From Mobula hypostoma (lineage: Eukaryota), in assembly GCF_963921235.1 (NCBI RefSeq), contig NC_086097.1, positions 182,840,001-182,904,000 of the forward strand: DNA of 64,000 nt, written 5' to 3'. A program made the translations under genes and the position numbers. A model generated the notes under the pieces. The model had not been told where the DNA came from. It worked only from the letters and a program-made list of their open reading frames with translations, and did not search any database. Numbering within the stretch: the first letter of the stretch is position 1; each line of letters starts with the position of its first letter. Of the stretch, positions 12,290-24,670 are shown one piece after another.

Positions 12290-15200
12290 ATGTGGGACCT
12301 TGTCAAGTGCCTTACTAAAGTCCATGTAGTCAACATTCACTGCCTTGCCTCCATCAGAATTCCTGTTAATATCCTCTAAAAACTCTACAGGATTGGTTAG
12401 ACATATCCTACCATGCATTAAACCATGCTGACTATCCTTAATCAATCCATATCTGTCCAAATACTCATATATCCGGTCTCTTAAAATACATTCCAATAAC
12501 TTTTCCACTACTGATGTTAGGCTTACCGGCCTATAATTTCCTGGTTTATTCTCATTGCCTTTCTTAAACAGTGGAACAACACTAGCTATCCTCCAATCCT
12601 CTGGTACCTCACCCGTCACTAAGGGTGATTTAAGTATCTCTGCTAGGGCCGCTGCAGTTTCTGCACTTGCCTCCCACAGAGTCAGAGGGAACATCTTGTC
12701 AGGCCCAAGGGATTTGTCCACCCTGATTACCTGAAGACAGAAAGCAGCTCATCCTCTGTAATCTGTATCAGGTCCATGACTTCACTGCTGCTTGGCATCA
12801 CTTCTATAGACTCTATATCTGACTCCCCTGTAAATACAGAGGCAAAATATCCATTTATTTAAGATCTCCCCCATCCCATCTCTTCTGGCTCCACGCATAC
12901 TATTGTGATCTTCCAAAGGTCCTATTTTGTCCCTTGCAATCATCTTGTTCTCAACATCTCTGTAGAAGCCTTAGGATTCTCCTTTGCCTTGTCTGCTGGG
13001 GCAACCTCATGACCTCTTAATTTCTTTCTTAATTGTTCGCTAGTATTTCTTATTCTCCTCAAATACCTCATTAGTTTCTACCAGCCCATACATGCTATAC
13101 ATCTCCTTTTCTTTCTTAACCAAACCCTCAATACCTTTCAAAAACCAAGGTTCCCTAAATCTGTTATCCTGGCCTTTTATTCTGACAGGTATATACAAAC
13201 TCTGTATTCTCAAAATTTCTCTTTTGAAGGCCTCCCACTTACCAAGTACACCTTTGCCAGAAAACAGCATCTCAACCCACACTTGCCAGATCCTTTCTGA
13301 TACCATCAAAATTGACCTTTCTCCAATTTAGAATCTCAACCCAAGGACCAGACCTATTCTTTTCCATAATTACCTTGAAACTAATGCTATTTTAATTACT
13401 AGATGCAAAGTGTTTTCCCTACACAAACTTTTGTCACCTGCCCTGTTTCATTCCCTAACAGGAGATAAAGTATCACAAGCTCTCTCCTTGGGACTACTAC
13501 GTACTGATTAAGGAAACTTTCCTGAACACATTTGACAAACTCTATCTCATCTAGTCCCTTTACAGTATAGTAATACCAGTCAATATGTAGAAAATTAAAA
13601 TCACCTGCTATAACAACCTTATGTTTCTTGCAATGTTCTGCAATCTTTCTACAATTTTGTTCCTTTAAGTCCCTGGGACTGGGGTGATCTATAATATAGC
13701 CCCATTAGCATGGTCATACCTTTCTTATTCCTCAGTTCCACCCGTAAAGCCTCACTACGCAAATTTTCCAGTCTGTCCTGACTGAGCACTACTGTGACAT
13801 TTTCCCTGATTAGTAACGCCACCACTCTCTCTTTAATCTCTCCCGCTCTATCATGTCTAAAACAACAGAACCCCAGAACATTGAGCTGCCAGTCCTGCCC
13901 CTCCTGCTACCAAGTCTCACTAATGGCTACAATATCATAATTCCATGTGTTTATCCATGCCCTGAGCTTATCTGCCTTTCCTACAGTACTTCTTGCATTG
14001 AAATATCTGCAACTCAATACTCTACATTTTGCTTTCTGACTTTGTCAGAGGTCTTAACAACATCTGTCTCCATAATCACTCTACTATTTGTTCTGGCATT
14101 CTGGTTCCCATCCCCTTGCAACTCTAGATTAAACTACACTCCCCCCACTGTTGGGCAGCACTAGCAAACCTTCCTTCTAGAACAGGGGTCCCCAACCTTT
14201 TTTGCACCGCGGACCAGTTTAATATTGACAATATTCTTGTGGATCGGCCGACCCGGGGGGGGGGGGGGGCGGGCGGATGTTAATCACGACCGGAATATAG
14301 GTGATAAGTCAACTATAAGTCACTTATCAGTGGCTAATACACTCAATTTTGTTTCTGAAAGGGTTTATCTAATGAATTTAATATTAAACATATTTTTCTC
14401 ACATGAATATTGTGTTAAGTCAATTATAAGTCATAAGGGGGTTCCTTATGTCCAGTCTATTCTGCAATTTAGTTTTCGTTGCATTCATTGCAGAAAACTC
14501 CACTTCGCAGAGATATAATGTTGGAAATGGAAGCAACATTTTCAATGCTTTCGTGGCTATCTCAGGATATTCAGTCTTGACTTTGATCCAGAATGCCAGC
14601 AGAGATGTTACGTCAAACATACTTTTCAGCCCACCGTCATTTGCAAGCTCGAGGAGTTGATCTTCTTCCCGCGCTGACATGGATGATTCACCGGGGACAT
14701 TCACAAATGGGTCACGGACCCATTCCTTTGCACATCTTGGGTCATTTGCGGTTGGGAGGTAATGCTTGAATTCTGTCGACAGCGAAAATAGGTGTTCGCG
14801 CACCAGCTGTGAGCCTCAGTCTCTCCCAAATTCCCTGCTAATGTTGGGAACATGTCAAATATGCCCCTGTCCACAAACAGTTCCAGTTTGGCTGTGAAAG
14901 CAGACACTTTATCCGCCAACTTGAAGACAGTTGTCGTTCTCCCCTGAAGTGACAAATTGAGTTTATTGAACAGGTTGAAGATGTCACACAGATAAGCGAG
15001 ATTTGCTATTCACTCCTCATCACTGAAGTGTGCTGCCAGTGGTGACTTTTTTCCTGAAAGAAATCTCTGTAGCTGCTCTCTTAACTCAAGAACCCTGGCC
15101 AGGGCTCTCCCCCTTGATAGCCACTTGACTTCAGTGTGTAAGAGAAGGCGTTTGTGCTCTGCATCAATTTCCTCGCAAAGCTGCTCAAACAGACGTGAGT

Positions 15201-16300
15201 TAAGGGCTTTTGCTTTGATGTGATTGATAACTTCATCAATGTCACTCAATACGCTGTTAAGATCAGGTGATATTTTTTGGCCAGCCGGCATTTCCCAGTG
15301 TGTGACACAGTGTGTAGACTGGCATTCAGGAGTAACCTCTTTGACTCGGGTAGTGAAACCAGACTCGTTAAGCCGTTCCAACAGCTACGCTTCGATGTCC
15401 TCCGCTATGTCATCAATTCTCCTTGAAACTGTGGTAGCTGAAAAAGAAACCTGTGCCATCTTGTTAGCTGCAGCTTCTCCCAACAGTTCACGGCACATGT
15501 CCTTGGCAGCGGGCAGAATCAATTCTTCACCAACAGTGAAAGGCTTCTTAGCCTTAGCAATACGGCTAGCCACTAAGTACGACGCTCTCAGAGCAGCAGC
15601 ATTTGTGGAGGTGGTGGCTCTCAGCACTTGCTTCTGTCCCGCTTGCTCACGTTTTTTTCCACTCAAAAAACTCAACTTTAGTGCAGGGTGTTTGGTCTCA
15701 AGGTGCCGAAACAGTTTTGAGGGCTTCATTGCCTCATTAGACAGCTTGTCTCCACATATCACACACAGGGGGCTTGGAGCGTGCGAGTCACCGGTCTCAA
15801 TAAAGTCATGTTTTATGTACAACTCGTCGTGCTTTCTGTTGAAGAAAGTTGAAGAAAGCTTTCTTTTTTTTTGTCTCAGCTATCTCTGCATTATCATCAT
15901 TGTCAGGCCTTTTATGTCCCCTACCATCTCTTCCAAAGAAACTCTCAAGCAACGTTTGTTTTTTACTCATCGAGTAGTTGTAGGTTAATGGCCGACTGAT
16001 GTCCTTGCGTGGGTAATGACCTCATGTGCGTTCAAGTTCAACAGTGGTCGTGACAGGGAATGAAGAAAGGTGCAGTTGACTCGTATCGTCTCCTCACGGC
16101 CCGGTAGCACATGCTTTGCGGCCCGGTGGTTGGGGACCACTGTTCTAGAATATCAATCCCCCCTCAGTTTAGGAACAAGCCATCTCTTCTGTGCAAGTCC
16201 CATGTTCTCTGGAAGAGAGCCCAAAGATCCAAAGATCTGAAGTCCTACTTCCAACAGCAACTCCTTAAATTGAATGATTTTCCTGTTTCTGGCCTCACTA
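12290..16300 (-). mobile_element. CR1 LINE (degenerate; ORF1 end, endonuclease, RT N-terminal half) interrupted by a hAT transposon
   Basis: Minus ORFs DKSLGPD...VPEDWRIASVVPLFKKG...PGNYRPVSLTS...DFSKALDKVPH. Confidence 0.85.
14183..16142 (-). mobile_element. hAT Buster/Charlie-family DNA transposon with a disrupted transposase
   Basis: TIRs caggggtccccaacc / ggttggggaccactg; perfect 8-bp TSD ttctagaa (14175-14182, 16143-16150) with central TA; fragments PLCVICGDKLSNEAMKPSKLFRHL, LLLHTEVKWLSRG, FWIKVKTEYPEIA...LLPFPTLYLCE. Confidence 0.93.
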
Positions 16301-16304
16301 GCAC

Positions 16305-16765
16305 TATTTTTGGTGTTGGTGTCAATGACGGTGTTGTTGCTGGAGTTGGTGTTAATGATGGTGTTGTTGCTGGTGTCAATCATGATGTTGCTGGTGTTGT
16401 GTCGGTGTCAATATCTGTTGTTGCTGGTGTCGGTGTTGATGGTGTTGCTGGTGTCAATAATGGTGTTGTTGCTGATGGTGGTGTCAGTGTCAATATCTAT
16501 TGTTGCTGGTGTCATTGACGGTGTTGGTGTCAGTGGCTGTGTTGCTGGTGCTGGTGTCAATGACGGTGTTGCTGATGTCGATGACAGTGTTGTTGCTGGT
16601 GTCAATGGCTGTGTTGTTGCTGGGGCTAGTGTCAATGACGATGATGTTGCTGGTGCTGGTGTCGATGACGATGTTGTTGCTGATGTCGATGATGGTGTTG
16701 TTACCGGTGTTGTCCTCAGTAACGGTGCTCTTTTTGGTGTTGGTGCTGGTATTTGTGTTAATGCC
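16305..16765. repeat. GT-rich low-complexity array (right half)
   Basis: Same units as 12025-12288. Confidence 0.85.
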
Positions 16766-16793
16766 AATGACTTGTGTTGGATCAATCCCGCAG

Positions 16794-16903
16794 ATGTGAC
16801 ACAGGCGGGGACTGTGAGTGTCTGTGCACGGCCATCGCCGCCTACGCTGAAGAGTGCAACAAGAGAGGGGTGTATGTCCGCTGGCGATCACAGGATCTCT
16901 GTC
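16794..16903 (+). CDS. SSPO: SSPO exon 7 (C8 domain)
   Basis: cgcag|a..c|gtaagt; [36 protein letters not shown]. Confidence 0.93.
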
Positions 16904-17004
16904 GTAAGTACTCTGTAATGGGGTAAGGTCTTTTGCCGTGGTGTTTTTGAGGGGTGTGCACCTCCCTACAGTGAGGACTGGAGGCAAGTAGTCAACGAGG
17001 GAGG

Positions 17005-17200
17005 CTCGGTTGGGCAGTGTGTAGTGCTGTTGCCTTACAGCTCCAGGGACCTGTGTTCAGTCTTGACCATGGGTGCTGCCTGTGTGGAGGTTGCATGTTC
17101 TGACTGCTTCCCCAGGCCCTCCAGTTTTCCCCCACATCCCAAACTCGTGCTGGTTGGTAGGTTAATTGGCTGTTGTAAATGGTTCTGAATGTGAGACATT
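17005..17200 (+). mobile_element. HE1/MER6-like tRNA-derived SINE
   Basis: gtagtgctgttgccttacagctccagggacc...gtgtggaggttgcatgttct...ttggtaggttaattggc. Confidence 0.65.
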
Positions 17201-17543
17201 CCAGGGGAGTTGAGGCAATCAACGGATGTGTGAAGGGAAATTGGCGTCAGACAATACAAACTGGGAGTGGCTGTTAGAGGGACAAGTCCATATCTAATGT
17301 GTGGCAGTCAGCTGGTTAGAGCTTTGGGCAGCATGTTCCTGTGAGTATGGAGATATGGACGCCAAAGTTCACGAACCGGTGATGATAAGGGATATTATAA
17401 GTTTAGTCTCAAAGAAAATTGGCCCTTTATGTGAGGAAGGATGTGCTAGCCTTGGAAAGGCTCCAGTGTAGGTTCACAAGATTAATCTCAGAAATGAAAG
17501 GCTTAACCCATGGGGAGTGTTTGATGTCTCTGGGTCTGTACTT

Positions 17544-19585
17544 AATCATCATCATCATCATAGCTTATCACACTAGGCTGCCAGCCACTCTATTGTTGTT
17601 TGGTTGGTGTTGAGCAGGACAGTGTCAGCTTAATCAGGTGAGAGTGGGCAGTTGTGCAGAACGTGTTCAATGTTCTGCACCCTTTTGCCACACTCACAGG
17701 ATTTGCTGGTCTTTAAACCCCACTTCACCATATTGTCTCCCGTCCTACAAACTCCCGCTCTCACTCTGTTGAGAGTGCACCACTTCCGTCTGTCAAGCAG
17801 TGGCCCGTCTGGTAACATTTCTGTGGGGTCTTGCACTGTATTGTTTGGTGGGGTTCTGGCTTCTGTTTGTTGCCAGAGGTCAATCCTGCATGTTTGAGGG
17901 GGATGTTTCTTGTGGTAGTTCCTCCACTGTAGCAAAGCTTTTCCTTGATTTTAGCCGGTTGGAAACTGGCACATGATGATGTAGTGGGTGCCGTGGATCC
18001 AAGTTCTGTTTATCTTTTTCAATTTTTGTTGTAGTGTGTCTTCGGATCTCTGGGGGAGCAATGCCTGCAAGTCTGTAAATGATGTTAGAGGGTGTGGGGC
18101 GCAGTGTGCCCATGATTATTCAGCAGGCTTCGTTAAGCAACGGGTCTATTTTCTTCGCATGGGCTGAACTGCCCCACACAGGTGCACAGTATTCTGCAGG
18201 TGCATAGCAGAGTGCTAGGGCAGTTGATCTAAGTGTGCAAGTATTAGCTCCCCATTTCGTGCCTGCTGAGTTCTTTCAAGAAAGAATTGCGAGAGCCAAC
18301 TTTGCCTTGGACTTTTTGGATGTGGGTGGCAAATGAGAGTGTCCTATCCAGTGTCACACCCAGGTAAATTGGAGTCGGATAGTGGTCGAGCTCCTTCCCA
18401 TACCAGAAGATCTTGAGTTTCCGAGCTGCTTCTCAATTCCTCAGGTGGAAAGCACACACTTGAGTTTTTGATGGATTTGGGTTCAGAGACCATTTTTCAT
18501 AATACTGCGTCATTGCTTTGAGGACTACTGTAAGTCATACTTCAACTTCTTAGAAGGAATTAGCTTGTGTTGCTATACATAGGTCATCTGCATAGATAAA
18601 CCTGCATGTATTAGGAAAGGTTGGTTGGTCATTTGTGTAAACATTAAATAGTAGAGGTGCCAGGACTGATCCCTGTGGTAGTCTGTTCTTTTGTGGATGC
18701 CACCTACTCTTAATTCCATTCATTTCTACATAAAATCTGTGATTTTCTAGATGGCTTGTTATTACTTTGACTGTGGTTTCATCCTTTAACATTTTAGATA
18801 ACTTCAGTAGAAGGCCTCTGTGATTCATAGTGTCGTATGCTGCTGTTAAATCAACAAATACTGCCCCTGTAATTTGTTGCATTTCAAAGCCATCCTCAAT
18901 ATACTGGGTTAAGTTCAATACCTGACCACAGCAAGACTGGCCTGGCCTGAACCCGGCTTGGTCTGGTGTTAGGAGACCTTCGACTGAGGGGGATATTCTT
19001 TTCAGTACGAGTCTCTCGTAGAGTTTATAGAGGGTGCAGAGCAAGGAAATTGGTCTGTAATTTTTAAGAATGTTGGGGTCTTTATTGGGTTTTAGGAGAG
19101 CAACAACTTTGGCTCTTCTCCACTTTTTAGGTATTTTTAATGATCTTAGGCAACAGTTAAAAAGGGACAGAAGCCAGTGGAGTGCTTTACGTCCAAGATG
19201 TTTAAGGAATTCATTAAGAATCCCATTTATGCCAGCAGCTTTGTTGGATTTTAGCTGTGATACTTTATCCTTTAATTCTTCAAGGGTGAGAGGTGGGAAG
19301 CTGTTATTCCCGTTAGAGAGAGCTGACTCCATCTCCTGATGTTGCTTTTTCTTTTGCCTCCGTTCCTTGTTATTTGGTTGACCATTTAGTATTAGTTGGT
19401 GGGCAACCTGATTGGGTGTTACGGCAGCAATTCTCTGTGGTGGTCTATTGTCTGAGTTGAGTTTCCCAACAGTTGCCCATGCCTTCTTACTGTTCTTGGT
19501 CATGTCTGTGTTTTTTATCAGTTCCTGCCAACGCTGTTGTCTCTTTTGGCTCAGTGGGGACAGAACTGACTCTTCCATTTCAGTT
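17544..19585 (-). mobile_element. 5'-truncated non-LTR retrotransposon, probably Vingi/Ingi clade, inserted in a CR1 fragment
   Basis: 342-aa RT ORF (GAVFVDLTAAYDT, LPQGSVLAPLLFNVYTND, YADD), C-terminal LNRVRAGV...WG..CECG..H...CP motif, (TGA)n tail at 17545-17560; CR1 sequence is contiguous across the insert. Confidence 0.75.
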
Positions 19586-20715
19586 GATGGAGCTCTATTA
19601 GAAAGAGAGGGAATCTCATAGAAACCTGTCAGATACTAAAGGGCCTGAATAGAACTGATGAGGAGAAGACGTTTCTAATAATGGATCTGATGGCATAGCC
19701 GCAGAATAAAAGGATATCTCGTTAAAGCTGAGATGAGGAAGAATTCCAGCCAGAAGGTGGTGAATCTATGGAATTCATTGCCACAGGGGTGGGTGGAGGT
19801 CAAGTCATTAGGTGTGTTTAGGCAGAGATTGATAGGTTCTTGATTGGTAAGGGGGTTAAGGATAAGGGGAGAAGATGGCATAATGGGGTTGAAAAAGCAG
19901 ATCTGATTGAAAGGCAGAGTGGTTTTGATGGGCTGAATGACCTAAATGCCTATCCCGTCTTCTGGTCTTGCAGGAAGAATATGTAAAGGCAAGGAAGTGC
20001 CAGTTAGACAGGACCCTAGAGGAATATAGAGGAAGGAAATTGAACAGGGAACTTGGAGGGCCAAAGGGCCTTAGAATATCAAGTAGGATTAAAGAGAGTG
20101 CCAAGGCAGGTCGTTGACCAGGGTGTGTTAGTTTGGAGCTGTTTGGGTTTGAGGAGGTACACTGATTGGGGTGAAGCGGTTCAGTATTTTGGGGGTGGAT
20201 GGGGTGAGTTTGGGGTGGGTTGGTCAGGGGGTGAGTTGGTTGGGGTTGTTGGGGATGTAGGGGTTCATTGGTTGGGGTGAAGGAATGAATTGATGAAGTT
20301 CAGTAGGTTGAGGATGGACGGAGCTTGGTTGGTTGGGGTTGACCGGTTGGGGTTTTGGGAGCAGAAGGGGGTGAGTTGATGGGGATCAGTAGGTTGGAGT
20401 TGGAGTTTTGGGAGCAGAGGTGGGTGAGTTGGTTGGGTTGTTTGGGATGGAGGGTTTCATTGGTTGGGGGTGGGTGATTTGTGTGGTTGGGGAGAAGGGG
20501 TGAGTTGATGGGGGTTCAGTGGGTTGGGGGTGGATGGGGATTGGTTGGATGGTTGGGGTTTTGAACAGATGGGGATGAATTGGTTGGTGGTGCGGCAGTA
20601 AGCAGTTTGGTTGGTTGTGGTGGCTGGGGTTTTTCTGTAGGGTGTACAGGGACTAGGTGTTTTGGGTACAGATCTGCCTTTCTTTTCTGGGGGTCTGACA
20701 TCCTGCTTTGTGCAG

Positions 20716-20865
20716 CCCTGCAGTGTGAGAAGGGGAAGGTTTACGAAGCCTGTGGTGCCCCATGCCAGAAGACGTGTGCCGACAGGGCTGGTGGGGCTGA
20801 CACTCGCTGCCCCTCACTCTCGTGTGTTGAAGGATGTTTCTGCCCCGAGGGAACCATGTGTGATG
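20716..20865 (+). CDS. SSPO: SSPO exon 8 (TIL)
   Basis: tgcag|cc..g|gtgagg; LQCEKGKVYEACGAPCQKTC...CVEGCFCPEGTMCD. Confidence 0.92.
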
Positions 20866-21135
20866 GTGAGGCACCTGCCTTTGCTACACCTGAAACTCCC
20901 CCTCCCCTCTCTCCAGACCCTGACACTTCTCCTTGTCATTGCCCCTAGATATTACACCCTTCCCTTCCTGGACGCTGCACCACTTCCCCTTCCTGCCCCT
21001 CCCTAAACACTGCCCCACACCCTCCCGAAGACACTGCTCAATCCCACCCCCACCCTCCCAAAACACTGCCCCTCCAGACAGTCCCCCTCCCAGGACAACC
21101 CTCCACTGCTCTGACGCCGGTATTTGCCCCCACAG

Positions 21136-21232
21136 ACTCAGGGAGCTGCATTGATCCCGCCCGTTGCCCCTGTTACTGGGGCGAAGTCGCCTTTCCCGAG
21201 GGGACAGAGATCTCCCAGGACTGCAGGAACTG
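21136..21232 (+). CDS. SSPO: SSPO exon 9
   Basis: cacag|ac..tg|gtgagt; SGSCIDPARCPCYWGEVAFPEGTEISQDCRN. Confidence 0.9.
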
Positions 21233-23195
21233 GTGAGTATCCATTGCTGCCTATAACCCCACCTCCATGACGAAGGAGCTCTCCCCTTTACTGAGTGACC
21301 ACAGGGCTCCACTCCCCCCCTCCCCAACAACGAATGGCCACGGTACTCCATCCTAGACCCTGAGTGACCATGGAGTTGTAACCCCACTTTGAAGGGGCAA
21401 AGATAATCCAGGACTGAAGGAACTGATGAGTGTCCTGCACTGGAGGCAGTCATTGACAGTGTGACCACAGGGCATTCAACCCCACCCCAAGTGACTGTGG
21501 AGCTTCCCTCCCCCACCCTAAGTAACCACAGGGCTTCAATATTATACCAATTGTGAGCAAAAGAATATTCTCTCTTTCTCCTCCCCACTCTCTCCCTTAA
21601 CCCTCAAGGATAAAAAGACTCTGATGGGAGTTATGTACAGGCCTCCATAGTAACCAAAATGTTGGGTACAAATCACAATGGGAATAGAAAAGGCATGTAA
21701 AAGAGCAATGTTACAATGGTCTTGGGGTTTTAAATTGCAGGTAGATTTTGAAAATCAGGTTGGTGCTGGATCCCAAGAGAAGCAATTTGTTGAATCTATA
21801 TGAGATGGTTTTTGAAAGCAGCTTGTGATTGAACCCATAAGGGAAAAGGCAATTCTGGATTAGGTGTTGGGTAATGAACCCGACATGAACCAGCTGGAAA
21901 ATAGTCTGAAAACTGGCAGATAGGATTTAATGTGAGAGGTGTTGGGCTTTGGTCGGACCAACCAGGGTAGGTGTTAAACAGTGAATGGCAGGGCACTGAG
22001 GAGTGTGGTACACAAGGGATCTGGGAATACAGGTCCATCGTTCATTCAAAGTAGCATCACAAATTCGTAGGGTTGTAAAGAAAGCTTTTGGCACATTGGC
22101 CTTCATAAATCAAACTATGTTATGTTGAAGTTGTATAATACATTGGTGAGGCCCAATTTGGAGTATTGTATGCAGTTTTGGTCACCTACCTACGGGAAAG
22201 ATGTAAATAATATTGAAAGAGCACAGAGAAAGTTTACCAGGATGTTGCTGGGTCTGGAGGATCTGAGTTATATGGAAAGATTGAATAGGTTAAGACTTTA
22301 TTCCTTGGAATGTAGAAGACTGAAAGGAGATTTGATAGAGGTATACAAAATTATGAGGGGCATAGTAAATGCAAGCAGACTTTTTCCACTGAGATTGTGT
22401 GGGACCACAATTAGAGGTTATAGGTTAAGGATGAAAGGCGAAAAGTTTAAGGGGAACTTGAGAGGAAACTTTTTCACTCAAAGGGTCATGAAAGTATGGA
22501 ACAAGCTGCTAGCACAGGTTGTGCATGTGAGCTCGATTTCAATGTTTTAAGAGAAGATTGGATGGGAGGGTTTCTGTCACAGTGCAGGTAGATGGCAGTT
22601 TAACTAGCTTGGCATGGACTAGATGGGCCAAAGGGCCTGTTTCTGTGCTACTCTTTTCCATGATTCTATGACCCTAAGGGAACACTGAGGAGGCAATGAT
22701 CATCATAATATGATGGAATTCACCCTGTAATCTGAGAGGGAGAAGCTAAAATTGGATGTATCAATATTCAATTGAGTGAAAGTATTTACAGAGGCATGAG
22801 AGAGGAGCTAGCCAAAGTGATTGGAAGGGACTGCAGTTTCTGGGAAAGATTCAGAAGATGCAGGATCAGGAAATCCCAAAGCAAAAGAAGAAGCTGAAGC
22901 ATTCTAAAGGGTGGATGAGGTCACGTGGCCGATAAGGGAAGTCAAAGAGAATATAAAAGCAAAAGAGAGGGTATATAATATAGCAAAAACTATTGGGGAG
23001 CAAGACGATTGGAACACTTTTAAAAACCAACAGATGGCAACTAAGAAAGCAATAAGGAGATAAGGATGAAATATGAAGGTAAGCTAGTCAATAATATAAA
23101 AGAGATACCAAAAGATTTTTTCAGATATATAAAATGTAAAAGAGAGGCAAAAGTGGATTTTGGATTGCTGAAAAATGACGCTGGAGAGGTGGTAA

Positions 23196-23402
23196 CACAC
23201 ATAAAAGTTGCTGGTGAACGCAACAGGCCAGGCAGCACCTCTTCCTAGAGATGCTGCCTGGCCTGCAGTTAGTCCTGACGAAGGGTCTCGGCCTGAAACG
23301 TCGACTGCACCTCTTCCTAGAGATGCTGCCTGGCCTGCTGTATTCACCAGCAACTTTTATGTGTGTTGCTTGAATTTCCAGCATCTGCAGAATTCCTGTT
23401 GT
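23196..23402 (+). mobile_element. Miniature Penelope-like insertion with an inverted end and a hammerhead motif
   Basis: 15-bp TSD ctggagaggtggtaa (23181-23195, 23403-23417); the left end is the reverse complement of the internal tgctgcctggcctg...caacttttatgtgtg. Confidence 0.85.
23271..23307 (+). ncRNA. Minimal type I hammerhead ribozyme motif
   Basis: agtc-CTGACGA-agggtctcggcct-GAAAC-GTC-gact: intact CUGANGA and GAAA core, short helix II, GUC triplet, helix I agtc/gact. Confidence 0.72.
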
Positions 23403-23647
23403 CTGGAGAGGTGGTAATGGGGTCAAAGAAATGGCTGATGAATTGAATAAGTATTTCGCAAGGGTCTTTGCTGTGGAAGACACCGGCAGTATGCCAGTAA
23501 TTCGAGTGTGTCAGGGTGAGTTTTGAGGTACTTGAAAGTGCATGATAAATTAGGCTGAAGTCAATATTGTCCCCTCCCCCTGCATTCCCTCCCCTCACTC
23601 ATTCCGCACCCCCATGCTGACTGAATGAGACACTAGTGGGTTTGAGT

Positions 23648-23942
23648 TATTTTATTTATTTTTTATTGAGATGTAGTGCAGAATACCCCTTCTGGTTCTT
23701 TGAGCTGCACCACCAGGCAACCCCTGATCTCACCCCAGCCAAACCACGGGACAATTTACAATGACCAATTAACCCACCAACTGGTATGTCTTTGGACTGT
23801 GGGAGGAAACCAGAGCACCTGGAGGAAACCCACTGGGTCACGGAGAGAACGTACAAACTTCTTACAGACAGTGGTGGGAGTTGAATCCAGGTCAGTGGTA
23901 CATTAAAGCGTTGTGCTAACCACTACGCTACTGTGCCGCACT
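23648..23942 (-). mobile_element. HE1-like SINE
   Basis: tRNA-like head on minus strand (gtagcgtagtggttagcac...), ggaggaaaccagagcacctggaggaaaccc core, (ttta)n tail. Confidence 0.7.
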
Positions 23943-24255
23943 GTGTTGTTCCTAACACTCAGAGAGAGGCTGTAATTGGAGCTACTGTCCCTTGGCACCA
24001 TCACCCTCAGCTGCTTCATCAGCGACCCTCCTTACATCAGAGAACCTGGGATATTTCATTGGATATGCAGACATTGATAGGTTCTTGATTAGTAAAGTGG
24101 GAGTAGACAGGAGAATGGGATTGAGAGGGATAATAAATCAGCCAGAGTGGAATGGTGGAGAGGACTTGCTGGGCCTGATGGCCTAATTCTGCTCCTGTAT
24201 CATCCGGTTTTACAGATTCTTCCCCCCCACTTCTCTCTACCTCCCCCCTCCATAG

Positions 24256-24641
24256 TACATGCCAAGCCGCAGACTGGGTGTGTGTGGGTGCCCCGTGTGA
24301 GGAGATCTCTCTGTGCACAGACTCGGAGTTCCAGTGTGGTTCTGGCCGCTGCATCCCCAGGTCCTGGTTCTGTGACAATGAGGATGATTGTGGGGACGGT
24401 TCTGACGAGCTCTGTGTGTCCAGCTGTGAGCCCTGGCATTTCCAGTGCTCCAGTGGCCAGTGTGTTTCCCAGTGGGAGCGATGTAACGGCTGGCCAGACT
24501 GCAGTGACTATTCGGACGAGAGGGATTGCCCTGTACCTGACTGTACACAGGAGGAGTTCCGCTGTGGCACAGGGCTGTGCGTTGCTGCTGAGCGGGTGTG
24601 TGACGGACGCGTGGACTGTCCTGATCGGTCCGATGAGTCAG
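24256..24641 (+). CDS. SSPO: SSPO exon 10 (three LDL-receptor class A repeats)
   Basis: catag|t..g|gtactg; CTDSEFQCGSGRCIPRSWFCDNEDDCGDGSDE plus two further LDLa; the phase-1 join to exon 11 completes DESDC. Confidence 0.92.
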
Positions 24642-24670
24642 GTACTGTGTGCCGCGCGGAGAGGGTGGGC

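Larger units (their letters stand above)
21615..23520 (+). mobile_element. Nested CR1 fragments (older ORF2 5' part with a second CR1 3' end inserted at about 21900-22670)
   Basis: ORF 22122 LYNTLVRPNLEYCMQFWSP...FFTQRV; endonuclease and linker remnants on both sides. Confidence 0.8.

Noticed and set aside
16274..16987. Mucin-like Thr/Pro-rich and Val-rich ORFs
   Set aside because: Products of the GT-rich low-complexity intron array; only 16794-16903 is a real exon
2668..21232. Mucin, VWF or otogelin identity for the vWD-C8-TIL exons
   Set aside because: The same frame continues into LDLa and TSP1 repeats, an architecture specific to SCO-spondin
24642..24664. Alternative exon 10 donor at 24665 (agg|gtgggc)
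   Set aside because: Phase 0, incompatible with the phase-1 acceptor of exon 11
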